NCBI GenBank assembly: GCA_964016885.1
Contig: OZ024740.1
Coordinates: 345,898,001 to 345,962,000, forward strand
Length of the DNA: 64,000 nt
From: Eledone cirrhosa
Lineage: Eukaryota
Direction: 5' to 3'
The notes beneath the pieces are model-generated. The model made no database searches and was not told where the DNA came from. It was given only the letters and a program-made list of their open reading frames with translations. How positions within the stretch are numbered: position 1 is the first letter of the stretch; the number at the start of each line of letters is the position of its first letter. Below, piece by piece: positions 42,553 through 59,257 of the stretch. Both the position numbers and the translations under genes were made by a program.

Positions 42553-43531
42553 CAATAATAACAATAATAATAATCCGCATGATTTGGGAAAGAAGCAGAT
42601 TTCAAAGTAACTTTCAAATAGTAATAATAATGATAATAGTAGTATTAACCATAATACCATTTCCAGTTCCATATAAAATATATTTTCCATTTTGTGATTT
42701 CTTCTTACAAGCATAAAATCTCGAGATAAGCGAATGATCCGACTAATCATTTCGTAGAAAGCTGGTCAAACAAAAATGACCATCGAGATTTCGTGTATTA
42801 ACCGTCAGCAATACAATGCTCGACAAAATCTTTAAATATTCTGCCTTGCATTGGTCCATTCATATTTAGTAAGATTTACATAGTTATTATAAAGAATGTC
42901 AAAAAGCAAAATGCTCAACATAAGAAAAACCTAAGATTCTATGTTGTATGTATGGTAAAAAAAAACATACAAAAAAAAGCAACAAAAAAAATGACAAATC
43001 AACTGTCCAGTGGAGAAAAGACCATTCTCTGAATATAGGCGCAGTAAAATTGAAGTACTTGTATCCAAGAGCAGTTTACATATTATTCGCTTAAGTACAG
43101 CCATAAGAGATTATTACACGCATCTGAACGGCAACTGGACAATGAAACGACGTAAAGGCGCGCCATTATTGACTCGATTCTTTGTTTTGCGGTATATTTT
43201 TTCTCTTTATTTTCTATTTTATATTGTTCATGTTTATCCTTGGAGGGATGGGGGGGGGGGGGTGCGTTGTTCTTATATTTATCTATTTTCTATTATTGTG
43301 AAGTATCTTGAAAAGAAGAGAAAATGATATGAAATGAAAAAAAAAAAATCGAGAAGAAATCCTTGTTTGCCGAATAAAGCTATTTTCTATACACGCCAGG
43401 CGTACAAACTTAATTTTCTTTTATTCCTTCATAAACATTAGGTCTCACATGACCTTGATTCAAGACTACTTGCATTTTCTCCCCATATCTCTTTTACTCA
43501 CTCAGATTGTATATATATACTGTATATACAG

Positions 43532-43764
<233 letters not shown>

Positions 43765-43790
43765 CATGTATATATATATATACATGTATA

Positions 43791-44106
43791 CACTGAGGAT
43801 GAAAAATTCAGAGCTGTATGGGAGACTCCCAAAAGTCAGCTCAAAAGTGACACAGAGGAGATTGAGGTTAGCATGACGTGCTCACCGACATCCAGAGTTG
43901 ACATTGCACTCAGTGCTCCTGTGGGAGCCCCTACATGGACACACTGGAAGAGGAAGACCAAGGTTAACGTATGTTGATGCCCTAAGGACAGACACTGGTC
44001 TGTTGGAGACGCAGGACATGGCAGCGATAATGAGGGACTGAGACCGCTGGAGAGAACTCGTCCATGGATCTCGGGAATTTTACCCGCCCTAGATGTAGAT
44101 GAGATA
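43791..44106 (+). mobile_element. RTE-clade LINE 3' end inserted in (TA)n
   Basis: Translates [48 protein letters not shown], typical of the RTE C-terminus. Confidence 0.75.
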
Positions 44107-44110
44107 CATG

Positions 44111-44142
<32 letters not shown>

Positions 44143-44158
44143 CCTGTATATATACATG

Positions 44159-44190
<32 letters not shown>

Positions 44191-44224
44191 CCTGTATATA
44201 TACATGTATATATATATATATATA

Positions 44225-45480
<1,256 letters not shown>

Positions 45481-45498
45481 ATATATATATATATATAT

Positions 45499-45593
<95 letters not shown>

Positions 45594-45691
45594 CTACTGG
45601 ACTAACAACCTACCAGCTCCCTCAAGCACTGATGATGATTATCGCTAAATATTGATGTTGATTTGGTTATCAATATTAATATTATTGGGCA

Positions 45692-45817
45692 CCCACTGAA
45701 GAATTGTAAGATCCCACTTGAATAGTATCTGTTGATCTTATACAAGCTTCTACATAAATTGGTATAATTTCACCCAACTTGTAGAAATCTTATAGTGAAA
45801 CGTGACGTCCGTCTGGG
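45692..45817 (+). ncRNA. Hammerhead with long branched stem II, in a TA-flanked element (45591-45995)
   Basis: CCCA-CTGAAGA-ATTGTAAGAT..TTCTACA..TGTAGAA-ATCTTATAGT-GAAA-CG-TGACGTC-CG-TC-TGGG; GUC triplet. Confidence 0.85.
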
Positions 45818-46075
45818 AAGAGATATATTTGATATATCTCATGAAATGATACAGCCAATTTTCCACACAATACAATTAGTTAGTACCCCGAACGTTTAAT
45901 TAGGAATATACTCAGGTATTTCCTACTGTTTGTTGAGTGAGTTGGAATTTGGCCGGAGTATCACTCTTAGCTTTCTCCGATTATGTATTCATATTTATTT
46001 ATATATATATATATATATTTCGTTTCTGAATTTGTTTAGCAAGATTCTTTATTTGAAAACGTGTGTTGAAACCGA

Positions 46076-46885
46076 TATTATTATGCTTTGGGAGGGTCAC
46101 GTTGTCAATAAGAAACACACGCACCAGTTGCTTTCACTCCAGTTTATTATAAATTAAATTCATAAAGTTAAGACTTTATAAATTTTCGGTTGGTTGGTTG
46201 GTTCCATAACCGGACGGTTGTTCATATACTGTCAAAGTTCTTTCGTCACACATTATGTGACCTCTTCAGTGACTGGGGATTATTTTCTTTGTTTTTGTGC
46301 CTCTCCTTTGTTCTGTCATACGCCATCTTGTTTTTGTGTGTGTTGCGTACTTAGTTTGCGCATGTGTTACATCCCGGTGTCTGTGTGTGTTTATATTTGT
46401 TTATTTATTTGTTTATTTACATGTTAATAGTTGGTTATTTGTTCTATGTGTGTGTGTATTTTCATTTTGTCCTTAATTGTAAGTTGTGATGTTGCTATTC
46501 CATTCATGTTTTCTATTTACTTTTGGTTGGAGTTCATTTATGTTTATTGCCTCTGTGATTTGTCTAAACATTGCGTCTTTTCTGTGTGTAGATTCTATTT
46601 TTATTTCTGTTCTCTAATTTGCCCTCATGTTCTATTTTAGCAAGTTGGTGGAGTATTGATGATTCTTTTTTATCTTTAAGTTCTCGCCAGTGTTCACTGA
46701 AGAGGTCACATAATGTGTGACGAAAGAACTTATACAATATATGAACCACCGTCCGGTTATGGAACCAACCAACCGGAAATTTATAAATTCTTAAATTTAT
46801 AAATTTAATTTATAATAAATTGGAGTGAAAGAAACTGGTGCGTGTGTTTCTTATTGGCAACATGCCCCTCCCAAGGCATAACAAT
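46076..46885. mobile_element. Fold-back element (arms 46076-46276 / 46687-46885) with HHR in each arm
   Basis: Minus 46231-46273: GTCA-CTGAAGA-G-GTCACA-TAATG-TGTGAC-GAAA-GAAC-TT-TGAC; plus copy with core at 46697 and damaged stem I. Confidence 0.85.
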
Positions 46886-47489
46886 ATATATATATATATA
46901 TATATAAATATATACATGTATATGTATATACAATATATATATATTATTTATTAATAAATATATATGTTGGAGGTGGGTGAAGGGTATGGCGTGTAACATG
47001 AGGATGAGAAATAGGCAAATGAAAATAGTGATCCGTAGATAGTCTTGTCTCTCTTTACTGTTTACTGCTTAATTTCCATTTCCTTACTAAATAATTCACT
47101 CTGTCTTTTTGCGAAAAATATATTGATCCTCTAATGTACTGTATTTTCATAAATTTCTGTATATTCTTCATTCTTTCTTACAATGTCCCACACCCCATCA
47201 ATCTAGTGATCCTTCGATCTTATAGTTTCAATTTGACTGTCTGTCACTAAAACATAACAGGAAAAGAGCCTTAACATTTCGAACACTGCTCCTTCACCAG
47301 AGGATAGAATGAGAAATAAAAGATGAAATAGTAAGATAAAAATTGAGAAGAGGAAGGAAGGGAAAATATGACAAAACACGTACGTATTTGTCTAGCCTTA
47401 CAGATTGCACGTTAAATTTGCATATAAATGACTTAGCCTTCCACAGACTTATCTATACGACATGTAATTTTCTCGGAGATTAAACCCAA

Positions 47490-47660
47490 CCCTTTACATG
47501 ATGCGGTTGGTCCTTTATTACATTATAACTTTTTATTGCCACCTGAATGGAATCGAACAACATGACATAAAATCACTTGCTCAAGGAAACAATGCACCAG
47601 CGTGAATCAACGCACGACTTTAGGCTCATGAGACAAACATCGAAACGAGTAACCCATTTG
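47490..47660 (-). mobile_element. Decayed CORE-type SINE head
   Basis: CACTTGCTCAAGGAAACAA is the reverse of the CORE-like motif at ~27035. Confidence 0.5.
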
Positions 47661-48479
47661 TGTTCATTATGAGAGGTATGACGATAATAGGTCAGTTTGC
47701 GTGTACACTGGGTGATAAACCATTACTGGCAGGTGGTTAAAATCATTGTTAAATCATGGGTAAACTAATTGGCAAATTGTTTCTGAAATTAGAAGTTTGT
47801 TAGATTGGGGACTAAAATGTCGGTAACTTAATCCATTGAGTTTAAATTCGCTTTTAAAATATCGTTGTTATGGTCGTGTATAAAATAGTGAATGTTTGGT
47901 TTATTGTTAAGTCAATTGTTAGGTTATATATTGGACAAACTAATAAGTCTCATGTAAATATAATGTTAGATGTTTTACAATATGTTTTGATGTTGGTATA
48001 GTCGATGAGATAATGAATAAGTAAAATCATAATTGTTAGGTAAATTTGTGGTAGGACATGTATAAATTAATGTGTAATTTAAAACCTTTAGTATATTTGA
48101 GTTTTAAAATGTATGTAAATAGTGGAGTGAATGTTAATATGTGTTTATGGATTCTTTGTAAAATGGTGTGTGAATTTGTCGAGTATATTTGTAGGCAAAG
48201 CATTACTAGTGATAGGGAACTAGGTGGGTGACATGGGAAACGTAACAGGAAAGTTAAGTTCATAGGAATATCTTTCATTTCATCGATGTGTATTAGGGAA
48301 GGAGATAACCAGTTCTGAAGAACAGGAACTTTGAAAAAACGTAACTTGCAATCATTTTTTACAGTTACATGCGCAACATATTTGCTATTGTGATCAAAAT
48401 GCAGTGAATCAGTGATTCTTCTGTTGAAAATCTGCTTAATCAACAGAGAATGTATTCACTACCCACAGTATGAATAATG

Positions 48480-48680
48480 GTTTCTTATATAGGCATAAGG
48501 ACAGCAATTTTTTTTTGGGGGGGAAAGTCGATTAAATCGACCCCAGTGCGTGACAGGTACTTTATTTTATCGACTCCGTAAGGATGAAAGGCAAAGTTAA
48601 CCTCGGCGGGATTTGAACTCAGATCATAAAGGGTCGTAACTCTCTGCTGCAAAGCATGGCGTCCCACTCTCTACCGATAC
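48480..48680 (-). mobile_element. tRNA-derived SINE
   Basis: TTATCGACTCCGTAAGGATGAAAGGC..GGATTTGAAC. Confidence 0.85.
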
Positions 48681-48918
48681 ACGCAGTATAAATAATACAA
48701 TATATAATTAAGTAGCACTCACATCTACACAGCAACTATTTTCTATATTCATATATATATGCGTAATTCGTCTTTGTTGAGGAATCACATCTATATATTG
48801 CTTATAAATTTTACAATATACTATGTTTAGTGAATTGAAAATAAAACGTTACAATTATACACGAATATGTTTAATAATTACATATTTAAGCTTATATGCA
48901 CACACACACACCGACACA

Positions 48919-49205
<287 letters not shown>

Positions 49206-51093
49206 TATATATATATATATATATGTGTTTGCTCTAATCTCTCTCTCTCTATATATATATGTATATATATATATATATATATATAAACTGTATATATCTA
49301 TATCTATATATATATATATATATAAAAACTGTATATATCTATATATACTGTATATATCTATATGCTCAATACTTCATGGATATTTCATTACGTCTATACA
49401 TACATACGCAAGCTCGTGCATATATATTTTTTCTCTTTCACTTCCTCCCTTCATTCACTTTCTCTATTTTTCCTTCCTCCTTCCTCCTCTCCCTCTTTCA
49501 CTGTCTCTTTCTCTCTCAGTATATATATATATCTATATATATTGACGGAGTAAAACACACTTCAACAAGATGTGTATCAAATTAAAGGTGTAATACAACG
49601 TAGTGCAGAAGGAATGGATATTTTCGCTGAAGACCTGATCGACGAAGCACCTGTTTAACAAGTTTGTTCTTAATACAGTGTTAATACATACCGATGTGTT
49701 TAAACGACGTGTACGCATAAAAACCGAAGAAAATGAAATGTTGAAAAGAGACGAGATATTTCGTGGCTCGTACGTGCATCTTCTGTCGAATGTTGCATTA
49801 AAATATCAAAAGAGACAAACTAGTTACGATCCACCTACCATATCACTGGGGTGTGTCTCCTTAAATTAAGAATAGTTGATGGGAACATTTGATTTCTAAG
49901 TAAAATATACAACGAACATTTCTTTCCTTGTGATGTGTGGAAAATCAATTAGTATTCCATGGTAATTATTTTATCGACATTATCAAGGAAATGCAAGGTT
50001 AACAGCATTTTGTTATGAAAGGAAATATAAAACAAACGGAACAAAATAGTGCAAAATGTCATACCCAGCGTTCTACATGGGATCAGGTATTTTTGTGTTG
50101 TCAAGGAATTCACTTTTCCCAATTGAATTCCAGGCCATGATTTTCACATCTCATCCCTAAACATGTGTAAATGAGTTCTATAACCATGATTTAACAAAAT
50201 ATTTTGAATAACAATCATTGTATGAAACTTTGAAAGCCTGTTGGAACCACCCTTCGTAACTGCCGATGGTAGACCTAAATTTGCGCTATGATTAAAAGCA
50301 CCAAATGTCTATAGGACCAAGTAGCAGAGCCTAGTCTTTAGATCTGGTTTTGTAGGAGCTCTAGAGCACTAGTCGTTTAGTGCAATAGGCATGTGTTTAG
50401 TGCTGTAGTATCTTTTTTTTCTTTCTTTTTCTTTTTTTCTTTTTCCTTTTCCTTTTCCTTTTCTTCTTCTTCTTCTTCTTCTTCTTCTTCTTCTTCTTCT
50501 TCTTCTTCTTCTTCCAGAAATGTTGTGGGTGAACATTCCTCAGAAGGGTCCGATCAGAAGGAACCATTTCCAATTGATACGGCTGAATCTCAAGGAAAGA
50601 CAAGATTAGAATATGGATGTCCGTAATTTCGGGGCTTTGATTTCATGACTGGGAAAATAGTGGCTCTAGCTGAAACGCCTCGCTTCGCTGTACTCCAATC
50701 CTGACAATCTAGATAGAGCATATCTTGAAAAATAAACATTTTATCTAGAATTTATTTTTCCAACTGTCCTATTTTCACGAAAGTTTTAACACCTCCACGT
50801 GTATATCTATATCTATATATATCGGGTGTCTCGTCATTGTTTTAGCCAGTTCTCCGAGCGTCGATTGTGCCCTACCTGATACATGTAGCTAGGGGCGTAA
50901 ATCGAATGTGATTCACGACTGAGAGAAATGAGTACTGAATCTGATAAAACGATGATGAAGAGATGAAACTCCAGAGTAATAAAATTCACTATTTAGCCTC
51001 GATAACATATATATATATATATATATATATATAAGCAATGAGTTATTTAGTTTGTTGATTATTTAACAAATTTAGTTTATAACAGCTTAGAAG

Positions 51094-51200
<107 letters not shown>

Positions 51201-51555
51201 CACACATATATATATATATATCAGTTTGATCCGTCTTGTCTGATGGTCTTGTGAATACACAGTTCAAAGTTAAGACAGCATCCCTTAACCATAATATATA
51301 TATGTATATATATATATACGTGTATGATATATATATTGATATACACCACTTTGCTCTCCCTTTCTCTCTGCCTATCTCACACTCTCCCCTTGCCTCTGTC
51401 ATTTTTTTCTGAATCATTCTCACACCTTCATCTAAACAATGACCCTTTTTTCCTTTCTTTTAACAGACACAACAACAGCACAACTAATTTCGTTACAAAG
51501 CATTTTCCTCTGTGACATAAATCCTCCTTATTTCGTTTTACCTTTATTTTCTTTT

Positions 51556-51608
<53 letters not shown>

Positions 51609-52561
51609 CACACGTACATACACACATACGGAAACATATATTCACATATAAGCACACATTCATACATATATATACCCATACTCACTACGCCGGCTCACAC
51701 TTCTACTAGGTAATGTCTACATAAATCGTGACTATTTGAGTCTCGACAGATTCAGGCCGGCGGTCCACTAGAATGATTTACTTCAGAGACATTTTGACAA
51801 CAACGCCGACACAGGTGTTAACCGGAAGGTGATAAATGGAACTTACTTTCTATGCTTGGCGCTGTTATTCAGGTTTCGCTGTGTTAGTAGTAAGCGACTA
51901 AAAGCACGTCTACGTTTGATGTAAATGTCAAATAGCTGTAAGATTCTGACAAAAAGTCTTGTTCACTTTAACCTTGCAAACACTATATGATTGTTCGTCT
52001 TTGTTATATTCTTTGGTCTTTTTTGTCTTGTTTTAAATGAATTTTGACAAACATTATTCTTTTCATTACACATTTGCTTTCTTGTTTTGTTTCGTTTTTT
52101 TATTCGCAGCTAATTCACTTTGTTTTGACTTTGGTTTGATATTTATTGAAACTTTCTTTTAGATTACTACGATATTTAAAAAAAATTAAAACATACATTG
52201 AGAATAATATTTTATTCCCATAGGTTGGAAAATACGGTCTTGTGTCATGCGCGGTATAGCAAAACTCGGATTGAAGAATCCCTTACCTTTCATTAGAGCA
52301 TATCTTTGGAAAATCGGTACTCTGTTATATAACACGGAAAAATTGCGACCACGTATAGAATATATATTTTATAACATAAAATATAACAGATGTGTATAGA
52401 GAAGCATCCAAAAGCATATGCAATATGTACAATAAACATACTAAAAATATTTTAGGCAGTGAAAACTATCTCAGTATCCCTGTGAGAATATGTCAAACAC
52501 GAGTTTCTGGATTTTACACATTTTCTTTTTTTATTTTTATTATTATTATTATTATTATTAT

Positions 52562-52965
52562 TGGCAGTATCGGTAGAGGGTCGGACGCCATGCTTTGCAG
52601 CATATAATTACGGTCCTTTATGATCTGAGTTCAAATCCCGCCGAGTTTAACTTTGCCTTTCATCCTTTCGGGGTCGATAAAATAAAGTACCGGTCACTCA
52701 CCGGGGTCGATTTTATCGATTTTCCCCTCCCCCCAAAATTGCTGGCCTTGCGCTTATATAAGAAACCATCATTATTATTATTATTATTGGCAGTATCGGT
52801 AGAGGGTTAGACGCCATGCTTTCTAGCATAGTTACATCCCTTTACAATCTGAGTTCAAATCCCGCCGAGGTTAACTTTGCCTTTCATCCTTACGGCGGTC
52901 GATAAAATAAAGTACCAGTAATGTACTGGAGAATTGCTGGCCTTGTGCCAAAAGTAGAAACAATT
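52562..52965 (+). mobile_element. Two tandem tRNA-SINEs inside (ATT)n
   Basis: TGGCAGTATCGGTAGAGG at 52562 and 52788, each preceded and followed by (ATT)n. Confidence 0.87.
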
Positions 52966-53130
52966 ATTATTATTATTAATATTATCATTATTATTATTAC
53001 AGAGATATAAAACTTACAGAAGCAAAAGCCAATCGAAACCAAACAGTGAGTGTGTTTTATTATTATGATATCTGGCAATATTATAAAAATATGACCCTCC
53101 CCAAATATAACAATATATATATATATATAA

Positions 53131-54316
53131 TTAATACAATAACAGAGATAGTTTAAAGCTAAACTCTGGCTGGTAACCATCTCACTCAACAAACATTAGG
53201 TTATATTAAAATATAAACCCAATTTAAGTGTTTGGGGTGCTAACAAAATGTATAATGTGGAAAAACCAGTTGTATTATTTTATGAGATATAATTATAGTT
53301 AAAGTATATCTCTCTTTCCAAACAATTGTTTCATTATAAGTTTTCTACAAGTTTGGGAGAATATTTCCAGTTTATGTAGAAGCCTAATATATATTCATGT
53401 AAGAATATATTTAGGTGGGCATTTATAAATCGTCAGTGGAAGCCCATTAAACATTGATATAAGAAAACAAATTTCTTACCGCTGTCAAAAATCATGTCCG
53501 TAAAGTAGCTCTCCCTCACCTCGAATGACCGCCAAATTTGAAATCCCAGCAGTTTTTGACTGAGGAAGTATCATAGCGACACGAAGCGGGAAGGGGAGAC
53601 AACCCACGAAATGAGGAAAAAAAATAATATACACGCGGGTTAATTAGTTTTTTTGAAAACATTATCAATCCGACGTGTTTAAGAACTCAATTGAAAATAA
53701 AAAAAATAAATATATGCTTGTATAAATTACACACGCATATAGATATTTTCTTAGGCTAAATCAGAAGTAGTACCCGAATAAGAACCGCTTCTCATAACCG
53801 CAGTAAATGCAGAAAGTTATGCTATAAAGGGCAAATGGGAATATAATTCTCCGGCCGAAATATTAAGAGTAAAATTTAAAACACACGCGGGTTAATTAGT
53901 TATTACAAAACCAATATTAGTTCCTCGTGTAAAGAACTCAATTAATAATATAAAATAAATACACATATGCATGTAATTCTATACGTAGGCATATATATAT
54001 ATTTTCCTAGGCTAAAAAACAGAGAAGTTACAACCAAAAAAAGCCACAATATTTCACAACAGTAAAATACGGAAAGTCAAATTCATAAGGTACCTGGAAA
54101 TAAACACCTCTGGCCAATCAAGAGTAAATATTTAATACAATAACAGAGATAGTTTAAAGCTAAACTCTGGCTGGTAACCATCTCACTCAACAAACATTAG
54201 GTTATATTAAAATATAAACCCAATTTAAATGTTTGGGGTGCTAACAAAATGTATAATGTGGAAAAACCAGTTGTATTATTTTATGAGATATAATTAAAGT
54301 TAAAGTATATCTCTCT
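53131..54316 (-). mobile_element. ~1.0-kb unit partial tandem (1.18 units) with HHR at 53316-53441; related to 45591-45995
   Basis: 53137-53315 repeats at 54138-54316; minus strand TTCCA-CTGACGA-T-TTATAA..TTATAA-T-GAAA-CAATTG-TT-TGGAA; internal ~250-bp repeat (ACACGCGGGTTAATTAG at 53631, 53883). Confidence 0.87.
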
Positions 54317-55751
54317 ATAAAGGTGCAAATTAAGTGCGTCCGTAGGCGGTATGCCTAATGAGCACTCGATGCTCTTGGGTAGTAGAGTATCAATAATATT
54401 AATATATAAGGGAATCAGTGTTGCATCATATACATATTTAATTGCATATTACATATGCATATGATGCAACACAGATATTTTGTTCCCTTAAATACTAATA
54501 TTATATATATATAGACATATATATAGGCACATATATATCAATGTTGTGCAATCAATGCTTTTCATCGCGTAGCTAGGTCTTTAAGAAAGTAAATAACTGA
54601 ATGGGCTTTTTGTTGCAGAAACTGCTGGAAAACGCTATTTGCTTTAACGTCATTACAGCCAGTTAGGTAAAAACATCTTCCAACAATTAGTAATACAGAT
54701 ACGCGCTGCTTTAAATTGTACTTGAGAAAATTCTGGATATTTTCGCAACTTGTGGTGACATATTAGAAATGTGTTGCCAGCGTGTAATAATCGAATTTCA
54801 TTTTTAATTTACTGTTCTTTTTATTTATTTACATTCTTTCATTGGCTCTATTTCCTTTTCTACTCTTCTTTTTCTCCGACACTATACACTCACGTTCGGC
54901 CTGACTCTGTATTTTTCTGTATATTTGACTCTCTATCTCGCCCTCACTCTCTCACCGCATGTCCGTACGTCTCTTATTCCATGTCCAGTTTTCTATTCAC
55001 AGCACGCACTTTTAGCTATGATATATCCTACGTGGTAATTCACAGAAAGATATATAGTTATTACGATATTTCTCAACCACATGTATATTGTCTATCATAC
55101 ACAAATAAAAAAAAAGAAATATACTGGACACCCCTATTAATATATTGCAAAATCACGCTGCTGATGCGAAGGCATTACCCAGAATGGATGCTGCTTGAAT
55201 TTTATACCTAAAGGACATGTCTGGACGTGTCATATACAGGAAGAGTATGGACATTCCAGGTCCTCCATTAATATTCATTTCACTGACCAATGTTGACCTC
55301 CGTTATTCGGTTACATGAAAGGCCAGTTTTGTAAACACAACTGACTTCTATAGATTTTTTTTTTCCTTTCGAGATTTAGTTAAATATATTGCTGCTAAAG
55401 ACTGTTTCTTTTCGTTTCTTTTGTGGTCGAAATCCTAAAACATATTCTTGAAAATTGTAAGTTAGTAGAAGAAACGCACTTGGGTGTTATCTATTATACG
55501 AGTGTCACACTTGTACACATATATATTTAGTTGGATACTGTGCAAAGTTCAATACTAAAATTCGGAATCTGTTAACTGCACAGATACATACGTAATGATG
55601 TAAAATTGATAATGGTTTAATGAAAGTTCAGTAGTGAGTTTAAAATCACATCACACGGCTTATTTAAAAGAGGAATTGTATCGATTAAGCTGGGTTATAT
55701 CTGATCTCTTTTAAAGCAGATTACTTGAGAAGTAGCTCCAAGATCGAAAAG

Positions 55752-55817
<66 letters not shown>

Positions 55818-55829
55818 GAGTGTGTATGT

Positions 55830-56010
55830 ATGTAATATACCGTACCGAGAGAGAAGAATCGGAGACAGAGATGGTGCAGGTGAGAGCAGTATGAAAGTAT
55901 TGGGTGAAGGAGAGAAAGCAATCGAGCTGTTCGCGAGGGAGAGAGTGTGCACCAATACAGTCATCGATATAACGACAGTATAGCTCAAGAGTAGTTCCAG
56001 TGTACTGGAA
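55830..56010 (-). mobile_element. PLE RT fragment
   Basis: YCRYIDDCIGA..LDCFLSFTQYFHTALTCTISVSDSSLS, between microsatellites. Confidence 0.7.
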
Positions 56011-56214
56011 TATCTCTCTCTCTCTCTCTCTCTCTCTGTATATATATATTGAAGGTAAGTGTTTAACTAGCTGAATACATGGAAACATTGCAGAGAAATA
56101 AGTGAGTAGTAAATATACATGTGAAAAGAATATGGTTTACTTTCCTGGATAAAAGATTCTGCGCCCATGCTTCGTCAGAATCTATAGATATATGTAGATA
56201 TTCTCCAGTAATTT

Positions 56215-57960
56215 GAAGGGGAAGGATTTGAACTCAGAACATAAAGGAGCGTAATTCTCTGCCATAAAGCATGGTGTCCGAGGCTCTAACGATGCTGCCA
56301 ATCCAAGACCAACATACAGGGGACAATACAATGGACAGGGACAGTGGGGGCTTAAAGCGAAATCAAATCGAGTACAAAAAAGATAACAAAATACACAATA
56401 ACAACAAATTTCCCAATAGGTGTGAGGAGCAAAATCTTAAACTTTGTTTTTAACACAATTATAGGCCTGTAGATGACTAAAACTCCCTCTTGTTCTCGTC
56501 TTTGATCATCAGCGTTACTACTCCACGACTTCCAGATATGGGAATAGTCACGTTCTGCTCTCAGATGCAGTAAATAATTTCGAGGAGGTCGGAGAACAAA
56601 TCTTGCATATCTAATTAAAACTCGTGGGGTAGACCATCCAACCTCATGCGTCACACACTCAGCAAGTTCATCCCGAATCAGGCTACAAATTTTCGGCAAC
56701 ACTCCGAACAAATCCCGAGTCTCGTGGAAGCTCATCGAGTTAGGATCTGACGCCCGCTACCTTCTCCTATTCCTCCACTTTCCACAAAGAGTCGCACAAG
56801 TGATGGCGAACGGCAGCCCACATCTATCTTGAATCAACCAGCACGTGTTCGTTTCGGCCCACCAAAACCGAATTATTGTTGCGTTACTAAGCTGCATCTC
56901 TCCCACAGGAGCCCACCGAAAAGCATTTGTTCCCTCGTTTCTTGGAGCACACGCCTTAGCCCTGATAGAGGAGACTTCGTGTTTCACACTGAAGAAATGG
57001 TTGAATGCCATTTTCCCACTAGCATGCCAGTTGCAGTGCCACTTTTAATCGCCTCATCTAATTCAGCTACTGTATCCCCCTCATGTATGTAATTGCTCTT
57101 ACTACTTCTTTACTATTAACTATTGCTTCTACTCAACTCTTTCTCTTTCGTGCACCCTACCCTCTGATGTTGACCACCCCTCCCCCTATCTACTTACACT
57201 TAACTAAGTGATGACATTGTCCCTGTAATCTTTACGTGCCTGGAACGACATGTTAAGCTTCCAGTAATCAGGTCTTAATTTATATCTTCTATGTAGGTCG
57301 ACCATGCAGATAACAAATTTGTGATCTGTATAGGTGACTGTTTGGAAACCTAATGAAAAGCCTATCTATATGAAACTATGGTCCAGCTCCATACTGGCGC
57401 ATTAGTGAAATAAAGTTGGTTCATGGCAGACAGTTTGAACGTGAGAATTTTGCATCTCCTGTTTCTATCTGCAACTCCCACACAATCCCACCGTACGTCC
57501 AATATGCCTTTTCAGTCCCAATCTAACAGTTATGAGTTGGACGTTCATAAAAAGTCTTCCAGATGCCTAAATCAATCGAAAAACCCAGAGGGAAAGGGTG
57601 TATTTATGTATAGAGGAGACGAAGTGTGTGACTCGAACAGTGAAAACTTTTCTGACAATCTCGCTGGGTGGTTTTCTTGGAGTCTGTTGTTGTTAATGAC
57701 GGTGGATCGGTTGTTGTCATTGCTGCTGATGATGGTGTTTTTGGTACGGTAAGTGCTTTTCTTGTTTGTTGTTGTTAAGGCTCCAGTGACGGCAGCAAAG
57801 GGGACCCGGTGATTCCTTGTTTCTTTTGGTGGCAAATGTGTCCAGTTAACTGGCTCCTCGCCATCTGGTAGGCGAATTAATTCTGGGATTTGTTCAAACT
57901 TCTGTGGTTTGATCTGGAGAATTATCTCCAGAATTATCCCAGATCATTCTCCCTCCGGAG
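56215..57960 (-). mobile_element. SINE head (56215-56305) abutting an internally deleted Tx1-type copy (56310-57960)
   Basis: RAKACAPRNEGTNA matches RAKARALRNEGTKA (39206-39463); 57770-57960 resembles ORF1 at 40500-40760; 3' end AGGGGACAATA as at 36885. Confidence 0.75.
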
Positions 57961-58624
57961 CTCTTTAATCCCCTTTAAAGCTAAACATATTAAAATCCAT
58001 ACTAGTATCTGCTGTTGCAATTGTCACTGCTTCTGCCACTGATATTTCTTTTGTTTTTATTGTCACTAATGTTGTTGTTGTTGTAAATGTTTTAGTCATC
58101 GGTGCCGTTGCTGTTGTTATTTGTCTTTGTCGCTGCCGCCGATGCTGCTGTTGTTGTTTTTATTGCTGTTATAGTTGTGTTGGTGGTACTGATGGTGTTA
58201 GCAGTGGTTGTGTTGGTGACTGTGATAAACAGGTGGGTAAATTTGGCAGCTGTTGCGGTAAAAGTATTGATTCTATTTTCGGTAACGTTTCTCTTACCAC
58301 TGGTGTTGTTGTAGTTGCTGTTGTTCTTATTGTTGATGCATTCATTGCTCTGTGGACAGCCGGCAATTCTGTTTAGTGGACGCAACATTTTCTTCCGCTT
58401 TCTTATATCCAACTGAACATTTAGGTGCGTATTTGGTAAACAAACACAGACTTAGCCCATTCGAGTTACAGGTAGAGTTAAACAAACCAACTCACTGAGA
58501 TACTGTTTAGTTTAACTGCAAAATACTAACAAACGTTCAATAAGTTAGGTTGAATAATAATCTCAAAATGGACCAACTTTACGGAGCGATTTAAGACGAC
58601 TCGTGATACGAAGAAGAAATAATG

Positions 58625-58842
58625 ATGGTTTCTGATTTAGGCCCAAAGTAAACAATTGTGTGGCGAGAGGAAAGTAGATTAAATCATCCGCAGTGCGTTA
58701 GTGTATTTATTTTCTCGAATCTGTAAGGAGTAAAGGTAAAGCTAATCTCGGCTGGATTTGGATTCAGACCGTAAATGGTCGTAACTATAAGCCAAAAGAC
58801 ATGGTGTCCCACACTCTACCGATACTGCCAATCCGCCTCCCC
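58625..58842 (-). mobile_element. Diverged tRNA-SINE
   Basis: CTCTACCGATACTGCCAATCC head; GGATTTGGA B-box region. Confidence 0.7.
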
Positions 58843-59225
58843 AATGATGACAATAATGGTTAAAACCCCTATTAGGGTTCCCCGGAGGCACAAACCCCTG
58901 CTGAAAATGTTTCCCTTCGATTTATATGAAATTTAAACCATAGGTAAATGACAAGATATGATGCTTATTCACAACATTTTTGAATTGATATTTAAAAAAA
59001 AAAATGATTTACAAGAAACAAAATAAGAATAAGATTAATAATGTAATTTTGATTTGATATATTACAAAAATGTTTTCCAATTTTTCATGGATTAGATTTT
59101 ACATTGAGTAATATTGAAATGCAGAGTTTTTCTCCATAAATTATATCACTGATATAAAATCAATCATCATTTTCTTACAAAAGAAAGCTGTGAAACGCAG
59201 CAAGGCGCGGGTAATTCGGCTAGTA

Positions 59226-59257
<32 letters not shown>

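Noticed and set aside
56150-56185. CTGACGA (minus) in a small hairpin
   Set aside because: Lacks GAAA and a cleavage triplet.
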